DNA of 63,652 bases, counting the filler, from Octopus bimaculoides (taxonomy: Eukaryota), in assembly GCF_001194135.2 (NCBI RefSeq). It is 4 parts of 4 records of this genome, joined end to end, with 100 filler letters (N's around TTAATTAATTAA, not from the genome) between each part and the next. Parts side by side here need not be neighbours in the genome. Positions count along the whole stretch, not along the records: positions 1 to 30,247 come from NC_069000.1; positions 30,348 to 44,028 come from NC_068990.1; 2 more parts are not named here. One strand, written 5' to 3'. The notes beneath the pieces were generated by a model. The model searched no databases. It saw nothing but the letters and a program-made list of their open reading frames with translations, and had not been told where the DNA came from. Positions 26,543 to 38,821 of this stretch are shown in pieces. Within the stretch, counting starts at the first letter, position 1. Each line of letters starts with the position of its first letter. A program made the position numbers and the translations under genes.

Positions 26543-27467
26543 GTGAGAGAAAGAACTCTTAATATTTTCACAATACAATGTAACGTTTTCTGAATTCAAC
26601 GTGGTATTTTTAGCTACAACTAAAAACAATACTTGTCTAATATGACAAGAGAAAGAAGTTGTTTTGATCTGGAAATCCTTTCAACAAAAATCTGTTTCAT
26701 GTCACAAAATCATTGTGAAGCTTGAATAACTAAATAGTATTGATAATGACTGTTATAACAATACTATTATTAAATAGTACATATGTTCAATTAAACAAGA
26801 CTAATTAGACGTGTTCATGTTGCACATCACTCAATTATTTTGTTGGGCTTTGTTCATTGGTAATAAAAGGAAAACGAATATTTTTCTGTGAAGTATCAAG
26901 ATAATTGCTGCGTGATTAATTTCAAAGATGGTTAATCAGAGAATTAATCCTTGGTATAGCAACAATTGTGATGAATAATAGCAGAGATGATGGAAGAGAG
27001 ATGATATGATTGAAAGTCGAATTGACAAGAATGATGGGTCGAAGAGTTTTCAATGGTATCAGAAGTGCAGCACTACGTATCGCCCTTCATTAAGATGTTA
27101 CATAGATTACACCTGGCAATTTATTACGTTTGACATAGATATAATTAGCATGAGAAAATGGGAACAGGTTGTTTAATATTATGTAAATATTAGTAAGGAC
27201 ATTGTCTAATTTATATTGTCATGTTGCCATGATGTGCAAAAAAAAAAAACAGAGAAAAATAAAAAAGAAAAAGAAAATCACCTTCGTACGAAGAAATTAG
27301 TATTGCAACGTATCACGAGTCAAAGATAACTGATGTAGTTTGACCGTGCTGTGAAAAACAAGAAAAATCATATTCTTTATACGAAGATATTTGTTATTCA
27401 ACGTATCCCGAACCAAGAATAATTACCATTGCTCTTTTTTTGTGTTAATATGAGGAGCTAAAGAAGA

Positions 27468-27648
27468 TGGTGAGCTGGCGTCCTAACGATTCTGCCAGCT
27501 CACCAACTGGTACTTATTTTGTTAACACCCGAAAGGATGAAAGGCAAAGTCGACCTCGGCGGGATCCGAACTCTGAACGCAAAGACGGACGAAATACCAC
27601 TAAGCATTTCGTTCGGTGTGCTAACGGTACTGCCAGTTCGCCAGCTTA
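27468..27648 (+). mobile_element. Rearranged 210-bp element preceded by a 12-bp inverted repeat
   Basis: TGGTGAGCTGGC (27468-27479) and GCCAGCTCACCA (27494-27505), then the normal body through gttcgccagcttaac. Confidence 0.75.
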
Positions 27649-28245
27649 ACAATCATAATTTCTAGAAGCTCATTGCAAACAAATAATTAACATCTATCCA
27701 CTTCTTTCACTTTCTAGGTTTCTCCAACAACGCAAACTGCGAATAAAGTTCCGGATTGGATCTTCGAAAGATCGCATCAGGATTGCTTCTTAAAAATGTT
27801 AACCACGATTAAGATACTGCGATATAAACGGCAAAGCAGACCTGCTGTTTAAAACGTACAAAGGCTCATTTTCCAACTAGGAACATCCTCACCTAATGGT
27901 ACGAATACCAAACTTCAATTGATTAAAATTCCTCCACTGCTCACACCAACAACTCCGCTTCAATACTCTTTCACTGTCTTTAGCTGTGAAGATATTTCAA
28001 ACGTGAACTGAAAGCAAATCGAAATCTGTTAAGATTTAGATTTACGTTAATATTTAATGAGATTCAAGGAAAATTTTTATGAGATATCTATTCATATAAA
28101 GAATCTACATGAATAACACACACTGACGCTCAAACACAGGCACGCGCCCATACACGTGACTATATGTGAGTGAAAGTGTGTGCAAATATAGGAATGTACA
28201 TACGTGTGTTCGTACGTGTGTGTATATGCATAAATATGTATGTAT

Positions 28246-28308
<63 letters not shown>

Positions 28309-30069
28309 ATGTACATATATATATATATATGTATATATATGTATATATATGTGTACATATGTGTGTGTATGTATAATTATATGTATACATTTGTAGACAT
28401 GAATACATATATATATATATTTGTGTGTGTATACAAACATATACATACATGTATATATGAATATATGCGTATACATGTATATGTATAGAAATTACTTTGC
28501 ACGTATATCTATTTATCTTTCTTTACATCTATCTATATGCATATATACATAAACATGTACATACATATATATTTACACACACACATGCACGCACACACGC
28601 ACACACACACGCACATACACACGCACACACATACACACAATACATATTTGAACACTGTCGAGCCCTTTAAAGTANNNNNNNNNNNNNNNNNNNNNNNNNN
28701 NNNNNNNNNNNNNNNNNNNNNNNNNNNNNNNNNNNNNNNNNNNNNNNNNNNNNNNNNNNNNNNNNNNNNNNNNNNNNNNNNNNNNNNNNNNNNNNNNNNN
28801 NNNTCTATTTATCTTTCTTTACATCTATCTATATGCATATATACATAAACATGTACATACATATATATTTACACACACACATGCACGCACACACGCACAC
28901 ACACACGCACATACACACGCACACACATACACACAATACATATTTGAACACTGTCGAGCCCTTTAAAGTATATAGATAATCAGTTCGTTTGAAATATGAC
29001 ATTTACATATCAATACATGAATATTTAATCCGGTCATTTCAGACAGCTCATACGAACGGCACTCAATTTCATGCGGAACAATAGACAAAGGACACCGCTT
29101 TTTACCATTCACACATATAATTGCAGTATGTAGACCATTCACTGATGTCTTGCCTATATTGTTGTTGTTGTTGTTATTGTCATTGTTTTGTTTCCCGTCT
29201 ACTCTGATTAAAGGGTGTAGGTATGGGTGTGTGGTCACAAGTTAGCTTCGTATCAAATGCGGTTCGGAGTTCGATCCCGCTTTGGTTATAACATTGGCAT
29301 CGTTTGAACTAGACTTGAATAAAAACTGAATTTTGTTAGAGAACTCTTTTGTAAGCTTTCACTCGTACGAAGCGCTCACGCGAGCCCTCACGCATACACG
29401 TTCTTAATGTAGTTATATATTTAGTATCATAACATCTAATTCATGATACCGAACGGTATCATGCTAAATACCCTTCAAGTGTACGAGTTTCAGAGATGTA
29501 AAAAAAAAAAANNNNNNNNNNNNNNNNNNNNNNNNNNNNNNNNNNNNNNNNNNNNNNNNNNNNNNNNNNNNNNNNNNNNNNNNNNNNNNNNNNNNNNNNN
29601 NNNNNNNNNNNATATATAATATTATTTCTATATATATGTATATGTTTATATATATTATATATATTATCCTACACACACATGCATATATATACATGTATGG
29701 AGGTATACATACGCATATTTACACACAATATATATGTGTAGATATGTATGTGCATAATATGTGCGTATATGTATTTGTGTATGTCTACATAAACTTTGAG
29801 CACGTAACACTTTGACACTCTAAACAAATACATTAATTGCCACTAATGAATGTGTTAATTGCAATAATGAAATAAAATAAATTAAAACAAATTAAAACAA
29901 ATTAAATAAGTAAACAAAGGAATCAATCAGACGTATTTCACGCCAGACTTTCAATCATTCAATATTAATTTAGTATGTAAGACGGCGAGCTAGCAGAGTC
30001 GTTAGAGCGCCGGTCAAAATGGTCGGCGGCATTTATATATATATGTAGATATATATATATATATATATA

Positions 30070-30247
30070 TGGGAGAATGTACGAAAAAACAACAACAGAC
30101 GATGACAGGTGGTGTAAATAACAAAAGGATGTATTAGTATGACGCTCGGGAATACGGAAAGTCTTTGACGTTTCGAGCTACGCTCTTCAACAGAAAGACT
30201 ACGGAGACAAGGAGAAAAACACGGAGAAAAAAAATTGAATAGTGTTC
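30070..30247 (-). mobile_element. Probable PLE-type terminal repeat carrying a hammerhead, cut by a gap
   Basis: Non-simple sequence surrounding the 30161-30199 hammerhead. PLE assignment is inferred from the ribozyme type only. Confidence 0.5.
30161..30199 (-). ncRNA. Minimal type-I hammerhead ribozyme (variant core CUGUUGA)
   Basis: Minus strand parses as GTCTTT-CTGTTGA-A-GAGC-GTA-GCTC-GAAAC-GTC-AAAGAC: perfect 6-bp stem I, 4-bp stem II, palindromic ACGU stem III and a GUC cleavage triplet. Confidence 0.7.
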
Positions 30248-30480
30248 NNNNNNNNNNNNNNNNNNNNNNNNNNNNNNNNNNNNNNNNNNNNTTAATTAAT
30301 TAANNNNNNNNNNNNNNNNNNNNNNNNNNNNNNNNNNNNNNNNNNNNTAGTTTTAGTTGCGTAATTAAAACTGTAAAATGTCTTATGTAAGTGTGTGAAG
30401 AGAAAATATACTTTCATACATACATACGCATCTATGTATATACATAGAGCGAGAGGAGTTTAATAAAAGCAATATTCTTT

Positions 30481-30661
30481 TCTACTCTAGGCACAAGGCC
30501 CGAAATTTGGGGGGGAGGGGCAGTCGATTAATTTATCGACCCAGAAAGAATGAAAGACAAAGTCGGCCGCGGTGGGAATTGGACTCAGAACGTAAAGACA
30601 GACGAAATATCGCTAAGCATTTCGCCCGGCGTGCTAACGTTTCTGCCAGCTCACCACCCTA
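30481..30661 (+). mobile_element. 210-bp SINE-like element with internal deletion
   Basis: tctactctaggcacaaggcccgaaattt...gccagctcaccaccctaata. It lacks the segment between the two atcgacccc repeats. Confidence 0.8.
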
Positions 30662-30789
30662 ATAAAAAAAGCAATATTAAAAGAGAAAGTAATGCCAAAT
30701 TACAGAACATGGCGTGTATGTGTGTGCGCCCCCGTGTGCATGCATGTTTATGCGTGTGTGTTCTCTTCCATTTTTAATAATTTTAGGTC

Positions 30790-31560
30790 TTCCCCTAAGA
30801 GGGGAGCTAGTTTTTAACAAAGATACGAAGTTTCATTGCTGGAATACAGATAACATAAATAATGTCTCATGTTGAAGATGAGAAAAGTTTTGCATATTTT
30901 TAATTTTGTGCATACAGTTTGCATTTGTTAATGTGCGTGTTAGCTGGTTAATTTCTTTTTCTGAATGCCCTAGATTTTCTACATTGACAATTAGACATTT
31001 TCTAACAAAACCATGTACACCAATTATTATTGGTATGAATGTGAATTGATAATCTACGTTTTTAAGCTGTTGTCCATAATCATATTCACATCAGCAGGGC
31101 AGCTGACCTCTATGACAGTACATGCATTTTCTTGGCTGCCCCAAACGACGTTATGTTTATATTTGGTAGAAGCTTTAATGAGACTGTTTCACCAGTACTC
31201 TTGGTATAGTCATTTATGGTTGTGTTTAATAATAGCAAGATTCTCTTTATTTATCCTATGATAGGTTGTAATTCTGACGGCATTGTGTGCTGTTTTAGCA
31301 ACAACATCTTGTCACATTAGGATGTAGTATCCTGAAAACAATTTTAGGCAGCAGCTGTTCAAGTGTGTAATGTCTTTAACAGAAATGGGATACAATCGAC
31401 ATTTTCGATTGCATCGTGCGTTTCCTAGGACTTCATTGTCCCTTCCGTTTATTAGGTATTTTGTAGCAATCTCAAACTCTTGGATGCAAACGCATTACCT
31501 TCGAAGTGTTATGCGATGTAGCAGTTACGAGTCTATTTTTTAATCTTCGGGAAACATAAC
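30790..31560 (-). mobile_element. RLE non-LTR retrotransposon, lineage B (CCHC plus RLE), decayed
   Basis: EGNAFA...EIATKYLIN, KCRL...KDITH...C, and CTVIEVSCPADVN...FTFIPIIIG remnants. Similar to 35395-35890. Confidence 0.75.
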
Positions 31561-32126
31561 CATCTATTCTTTTTTCTCTCTTTTTTTATTTTGCATGCCA
31601 AGTGCTTCACGTCCAAGTCTTCTTTGAGGTATGTTAGCTCAAATGTTCTGGGGATGTATAAGAGGTCGTCGGGAAAAGAGTACTTCCTGAGGGACTCACT
31701 GCCGGCACGTAGGATTCCGTTCCCTTCGCTCTTCAGGTTTAGGTTTATATATTTATTTTCGCTATTGTTGTTTAGCAGGTGCTCCCTGACAGATACAATA
31801 TATGGAGGTAGGCCCCATATTTGCCGCGGTGTCATGGCTTGTGTCTCATTCATCCTAAGAACAATGCCAGTGACCTTCCATGCTGCACAGATCAAAAGAT
31901 AGAAGCCAGACCAATGTGGACCACCTCTTTCCAGAAGTAAAAATGGAATTATGTATGGCCAGCATCACTACTTAGAAAAAAAGCAATTACAAAGCAATTC
32001 TAAACCAACAAGACTTGGGAGAGGAAAGACAAACTCAGAACCGAGAATTATGAAGAGAAGTCATCCATTTAAGCTCCATAGGGAGCGAAATGCTCAACTA
32101 ATATATGAATATATGCAATATATGTG

Positions 32127-32168
<42 letters not shown>

Positions 32169-32196
32169 TATACATATGTATGTATATATATGTATG

Positions 32197-32230
<34 letters not shown>

Positions 32231-32767
32231 TGTATGTATGTATGTATGTATGTATGTATGTATGTATAAACTGTATGAGTGTGTGTACGTCTGCAAAACA
32301 GAGAAGGACTACTAGTTTCGCCACTACATGTCTCTTCGGTTGACGTTTCTTAATCCACTTTCTTATGATATCTCTCAAAATAGAAATGGACATCCTTTTT
32401 TTTTTTCGTTTCTCAGTGATATTTATTCATCTGCTTTTGTTGTTTTTATCATTCAAATTCGTACACTAACGTTCAGGCACAAACACGCAAATACGCACAC
32501 AGCAAACAGTAGAAATGAACACACGCAGATATGCAAACATATACAAATAGACATGAACACGGAAATACAGGAATAAACTAAGCATAACAATCATTGAGAA
32601 CTTATGTTCCATAATTGAAGCACAATGGAAAGCATTTATTTCCATTGTTATTTTAGGAAGCAACACAAATAGAGGATTCAAGCATATTATCCGACGAGAC
32701 GTGATCGCAAATCTAGCTTAGCTGCTACAATGTAAAGCGGAATTTCCAGATATATATATATATATGT

Positions 32768-32833
<66 letters not shown>

Positions 32834-33243
32834 NNNNNNNNNNNNNNNNNNNNNNNNNNNNNNNNNNNNNNNNNNNNNNNNNNNNNNNNNNNNNNNNNNN
32901 NNNNNNNNNNNNNNNNNNNNNNNNNNNNNNNNNNNNNNNNNNNNNNNNNNNNNNNNNNNNNNNNNNNNNNNNNNNNNNNNNNNNNNNNNNNNNNNNNNNN
33001 NNNNNNNNNNNNNNNNNNNNNNNNNNNNNNNNNNNNNNNNNNNNNNNNNNNNNNNNNNNNNNNNNNNNNNNNNNNNNNNNNNNNNNNNNNNNNNNNNNNN
33101 NNNNNNNNNNNNNNNNNNNNNNNNNNNNNNNNNNNNNNNNNNNNNNNNNNNNNNNNNNNNNNNNNNNNNNNNNNNNNNNNNNNNNNNNNNNNNNNNNNNN
33201 NNNNNNNNNNNNNNNNNNNNNNNNNNNNNNNNNNNNNNNNNNN

Positions 33244-33309
<66 letters not shown>

Positions 33310-34088
33310 CAAGCATTTATTTTGAATATTGTGATCATTTCAATAGCAACAGTAGCAACAACAATAACAAGTATCAATAGCATAAAATCTATCAACGTCG
33401 AATTATTTGACCGCCAGAAACTGCCAGACAAACAGAAAAAAATTGTTTTTATTAATGTATGTTAATGTTTTCATAACAGAACAATATCCTCTTACTTACA
33501 GTGACATCTAGTACAGTTTGTTGGCCTATGCAGCTAGTTAATACACCACAACATATTAACTAATACGTTAAAACGCACGAATCCATTACAAACGTTTATA
33601 ATATGTTGAAATAAGTTGAGGTTTCCTCCCTGTCAAGGTTACATGTATTAGCTATGGTTGCCGTTAGTATCAACCTAAAGATATTGCTTACTGTTAAATA
33701 CACCAAAATCTAGATTTCCAGTTGTGCTTGTTTATGTAACCAATACTACCACGTTACATACATGTATATGTATATGTATGTATGTATATATATATATATG
33801 TATATATATAAACGTAACGTGGAATGGACGCCATAAATGATTTTCTTTGATACTTTGAAAATTTTATAATATTGGAACGTTGATTATGATTTAAAAAAAC
33901 TTTATAGCATAAAGTACTTATTAAAACTAGGTGGAGTCTATGTAAGAAGGTCGTGGTAGCCTTGTTTTGCTAAACGAATGTAATTGACAATGAATATTGC
34001 AGCTCAGTAGCAAAGTTGAAACGACAAAAGAATTGGAAGCTTGTGTGTATACGTACGTGTGCGTGCGTGTGCAATTTAAATTTAAAAT

Positions 34089-34183
<95 letters not shown>

Positions 34184-34264
34184 CTCTCCCACTCTCTCTC
34201 CCTCTCTCTCTCTTTCTATATATATATATATATATATACATACATATACATATANNNNNNNNNN

Positions 34265-34302
<38 letters not shown>

Positions 34303-34937
34303 CTATATTTATATATAAGTATATTTATATATATATATATATACATGCATACATTTACATATATATAAATGTAAATACATACATGCATTTACATATGTAT
34401 ATGTATGTATGTATCGTGTGTATGTATATCTTTGTTTACACACATATGTATATATATCTATATGTATTTACATACTCGACTATGCTTCCCAAGTTACAAT
34501 ATGGAATTACTTTCTTACTAGTTAATATAATGGTTAATAATTAAGCTTCTTAATCTAACCCTCTTATTTCTGTTTGTGAAAAACTAACGAAGCAGTCTGA
34601 AAATATATAACGTAGAATCAATATGTTAGTTAAGTGTATAGTAATAACTGTTTTAGATTATTAGTTTGCAATTTAAACTACAGTCTACTAATTAACCAGA
34701 CTGTGCCAATCTGTTATATTAGTTGAGTAATTCTCCCACACAAATGAAGCATTACAGAAATATATAGAACGAATAAATTACTTGTTACATGTGCAATGAC
34801 TAATTAAGAATGTAGTTATTGTTATTCAATTCTCTTTGTTACATTACTTATTCCATCACAGTACAGGAAGCTATGTAAACATACATGAATGTATTATGTT
34901 TATATATGTATGTGTGTGTGAGTGTGTGCGTACGTGA

Positions 34938-35180
34938 AGGCTGGTGGTATTATACATTGGGTTTGGAGTTGCTGGTGCAGCAAAGAGGAAGGCTGTAAAT
35001 TCCATCGCTAAAACTGCAAAGAAGTCCTCAAGGGGAGCTTTGGATAAAGAGGACAGATCAGTGGTTTGTTGCTGGATCAATTGGATGAGGGTGTCTGATG
35101 TTGAAAATCTCGAACACCATCTAAATACAAGACACATGACTCGTGATGCATCCCAAAGCATCCGCACGTTGCATCATAAA
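34938..35180 (+). mobile_element. HERO-like RLE retrotransposon 3' end
   Basis: GVAGAAKRKAVNSIAKTAKKSSR then, with a 1-nt shift, LWIKR. The 3' UTR gagggtgtctgatgttgaaa...cgaacacc resembles remembered HERO ends. Confidence 0.6.
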
Positions 35181-35343
35181 ATCATGTGTGTGTGTCTGTG
35201 TGTGCGTAGGTATGTATGTATGCAAGTATGTATGCTGTATGTGTATGCATGTGTGCATTTCTATTTATCTATCTATACACACACACACATATATATATAC
35301 ATACATATACATACATATATATACATATATATATATGTATGTG

Positions 35344-35394
<51 letters not shown>

Positions 35395-35397
<3 letters not shown>

Positions 35398-35890
35398 AGG
35401 CTCCATCTTTGGGATGTAGTTAACACAGACAAATTCGCATTTGGAACTTGAGAAGATTCTTGCATATCATTACTCTTCCACTCACAGATTGCACGTGTAA
35501 TGTACGAATCAGCCGGTCAATTTCTCCAGATTCTCCTTTAAGCATTTACTAACAAAGCCTAATTCTCCAATTATTATTGCTATGAATATGAATTCATAAT
35601 CTGGATATAGAAGCTGGAGGTGTCGAAGCAGTTGTCCAATGATATCCTCTTTTTCTTTGACTTTCAAAGAGATAGTTATATTTGCGGGGCAGCTGACCTC
35701 TATGATGGTACATACCTTTGCCCCTCTGTCCCAAACAACAATATCCGGCCTTTCATGTTTACATTTGACAGAAGTTTTGATGGGAAATATTCCACCAGTA
35801 TTCCTTGAGTTGGTGTTACTGAATATATTCTATAACAGAGGGATTTTCTCAATTTATTTCAGGACAGTTTTTTTTGCAGATGGCATTGTA
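35395..35890 (-). mobile_element. RLE non-LTR retrotransposon lineage B, 3' end with open endonuclease core
   Basis: Stop-free TSVKCKHERPDIVVWDRGAKVCTIIEVSCPANITISLKVKEKEDIIGQLLRHLQLLYPDYEFIFIAIIIGELG (~35775-35555). Confidence 0.85.
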
Positions 35891-36029
35891 AATTGTTTTA
35901 TGTATGTATGTATGTATGTATGTATGTATGTATGTATGCAAGAATTAAACTTCTCCGACGGCAGTCATGCATTAAAATTATTCTGCATGCAACAATGTCG
36001 TTCAAACTTTTACTGTTTCCTTACAATAT

Positions 36030-36095
36030 GTGAATTCCCATTGTCCCTTGTCTGTGTATTAAATTTTCGCGGCCCTTGTGGCAAATAAAGAAAGA

Positions 36096-36160
<65 letters not shown>
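36030..36160 (+). mobile_element. Short L1/Tx1-like 3' end plus (ATT)n
   Basis: CCCTTGTGGCAAATAAA matches the 3' end of the 45071 element (CCCTTGTGGTAAATAAA). Followed by about 20 ATT units. Confidence 0.55.
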
Positions 36161-36162
<2 letters not shown>

Positions 36163-37064
36163 TTATTGTCTTCCTCATCATTGTCATCATTATTATTTGA
36201 AGATATGTTTTAAAGCAAACTAAATTACATAAACGAATAACGATGTCTTTTAATCTCCTTTTAGCATCTATATCTGACGCTTGTTAAGATATACTTCACT
36301 ATTGTTGACGGAAGGACCGCTGTGTAAATGATGAGCGTTTTACTAAGTCCAAGGCTTCCTGTACATTTAGGATGAATTCACCTTAAATTTTACTTTTTGA
36401 AGACTAAGTCTGAATAATATAAAAATTCTATCTTACTGTTCGGACAAGCAACCACGTGGGACAAGCAACCACTTCCTTTTAATAATATTTGCTTTATATT
36501 GTATATTTTGTAAGAATTTGAAGGTAATATCTATATGTAGCCGAACCACTGAGATAAAGGAGATTAATAGAATAAATAACAGTTATATCTGTTCGATAAT
36601 ACTTTGAATAATGTCTATATAATAACAAAATATACTGGCATTCATAGAAAACAATTTTTAACGAGTATTCTCAGGAGGATCGGGGAAAATTTTAGGAGTC
36701 TTTTTAATTTTCAATACTTTAGCACAAATATTCACCTGGAGCTTTTTTTGTTTTTGTTTTGTTTTTTTTTTTATTTTGTTTTTGTTTTGTTTTGTTTTTC
36801 CATTTCTGAATATCTAGTACATATGATATACCAAAACAAGTTCTACATTTCTTTGTCTAAATAAATTTATCTAACTAAAAGTCATTTGAATGCTTCATAT
36901 TTTCTCCTTGTTTATGTGTGTGTGTTATGTTTTCATTTTAGGACTCTTCTTGTTTTCTTTTTCCTTCGTTTTTCTCAGTTGTTTGTTATATTTTGTCGTT
37001 TTGCTACCTTCTTTGTATTTCCATGTGGAATTTTAAGATCCTTGACATTGTTCAGATTGGATGT

Positions 37065-37146
37065 CTAAATATTGGCCAGCTGAACAAGCCGGGACACCAC
37101 TCCTTCTGTTCCCAAACTGGACACATGTTCCTTGAACTTTAGTTTG
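37065..37146 (-). CDS. Candidate terminal exon (KLKFKEHVSSLGTEGVVSRLVQLANI*), product unknown
   Basis: Long pyrimidine tract ending ttttatccAG and two open frames after it. No recognisable homology. Confidence 0.25.
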
Positions 37147-38778
37147 CTGGATAAAAGATTTAAATGAAAAATATTTTAGATAAAAGAAAAAAATTAAACA
37201 GAAGGCATTTATAAGTAAGAAGGGAAATTTTTGTTTTGGTGCATGAGTAAACGGGAAGAAAGACAAATGAATATAAATATTTGGGTATCAAGTGTATCTA
37301 ATAAAAATGTTAATGACAGTATGAATAGAAGCATCGGTCAATAAATTACTGATTCTAATCCAGTAACCAGAAGTGCGTCGCATCAATACAGAGACAATTA
37401 AATCGCTCGGAGATTTAGTTGCTAACACAAGCAGGGCGAGCGATTGGGTAGAAACGCTCACGCTAGCTTGTGGCAGCATGTATTCTGTTCATCTCGAGAT
37501 CAACTCTAATTCAGTAGCTCTTTTATGAAAAACGTTCCAATAGTGATCATCACTATTTAAGATGTTGTTTAGCTCCAGGTCAAACTTTATCGATCAAACC
37601 TATGTTCAATGATGCTTCAACAATATCCATTCCAACCTAAATTAATACTATTTAGCACCAGATCACCTTGATTGAGCAGAATTATGATCAAACGTGTTCC
37701 AGCAGGGACCATTCAAACTTAAGTTGTTGTCGTTTAGCTCATGGTCAATCTTGTTAAAACAAATTAACGACCAAAGGTTTTCCAGAAGTAACCATTTTGC
37801 TACTTTTATATATCAGGATTGTATTATCCAATGCGTCCTTCTTTATTTAAAACAATGGTGTGCGATTTAAATTAGATTTAGCTCAAAGAGATTTTTATCA
37901 AAGACGGATCGAATACAAAGATACTTAAGCATAGCACATATAGGACAACATTATCTAATACGTCCCTCCAGTATTTTAAGATAATAGTGCTAGATCTGAA
38001 AGACTTGGCAGCTGTTTCTAGCATGTGCGATCATGCAGGAACACTATTGTTGATACGTGGCAGCAACTGTAACCGTCGCAAATGGTTTGTTTGCAATGTT
38101 GGCGTCAACATTGCTTCAATCTCCGGGCCTGCATGAAAACAGAATTGCAAATGGCTACCCAGTGCAATCTTGCAGACGGTCGGCATATGTGACTAAGCTT
38201 ATTTTATGATAAACGAGAAGAAATGCATGATACTGTGTCCACAACTCTGAATATTATTTACAACATTACACTGGTATCTATATGATTTTTTTTTATAACG
38301 TTGTGGAAAACTGGTGTAGACCACAGTGGTTTTCAGAAAGTTCTACTTCTTTCTGAAATCAATATGTCTATAATCATGTTTACACTCACTGTAAAGTGAT
38401 ATGTGTGGGTAAGCGTATGTATGTGTGCGTGTGAGTGTATGTGTGCGTGTGTCTGTGTGTATGCTAGAGTATTACCCGTCGTATGACGAGTAAATTTGGA
38501 ATTATACCTTTGCCAACGTGGGTGATGTCAGAAATTATGGTAAAAATGCAATAATTAAAATTTAACTTTTATCAAATTTCCTTGTATCTATACAATGAGA
38601 CGAATACTAAAACAAATTTCTCATTTTTTATAACTTCTTCCATAACAACTCCGTCATTTACTCCTCCGATTCTTTTGACCCTGCTGTTCTTTTTCTTTCG
38701 CTGTCTGTGTATAGCGTTCTTATACTCATTGTCTGCCATCCGGCCTTGTATTTGCAATCATCTTGCATCTCTTACATC

Positions 38779-38821
<43 letters not shown>

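Noticed and set aside
28510-28950. Near-identical ~160-bp direct repeat on both sides of a gap
   Set aside because: Identical sequence across an N gap is most likely an unmerged contig overlap.
30292-30303. TTAATTAATTAA islands inside gaps (also 44073-44084 and 60243-60254)
   Set aside because: Each has 44 N on both sides, is palindromic and has stops in all frames. It is a scaffolding spacer, not biology.
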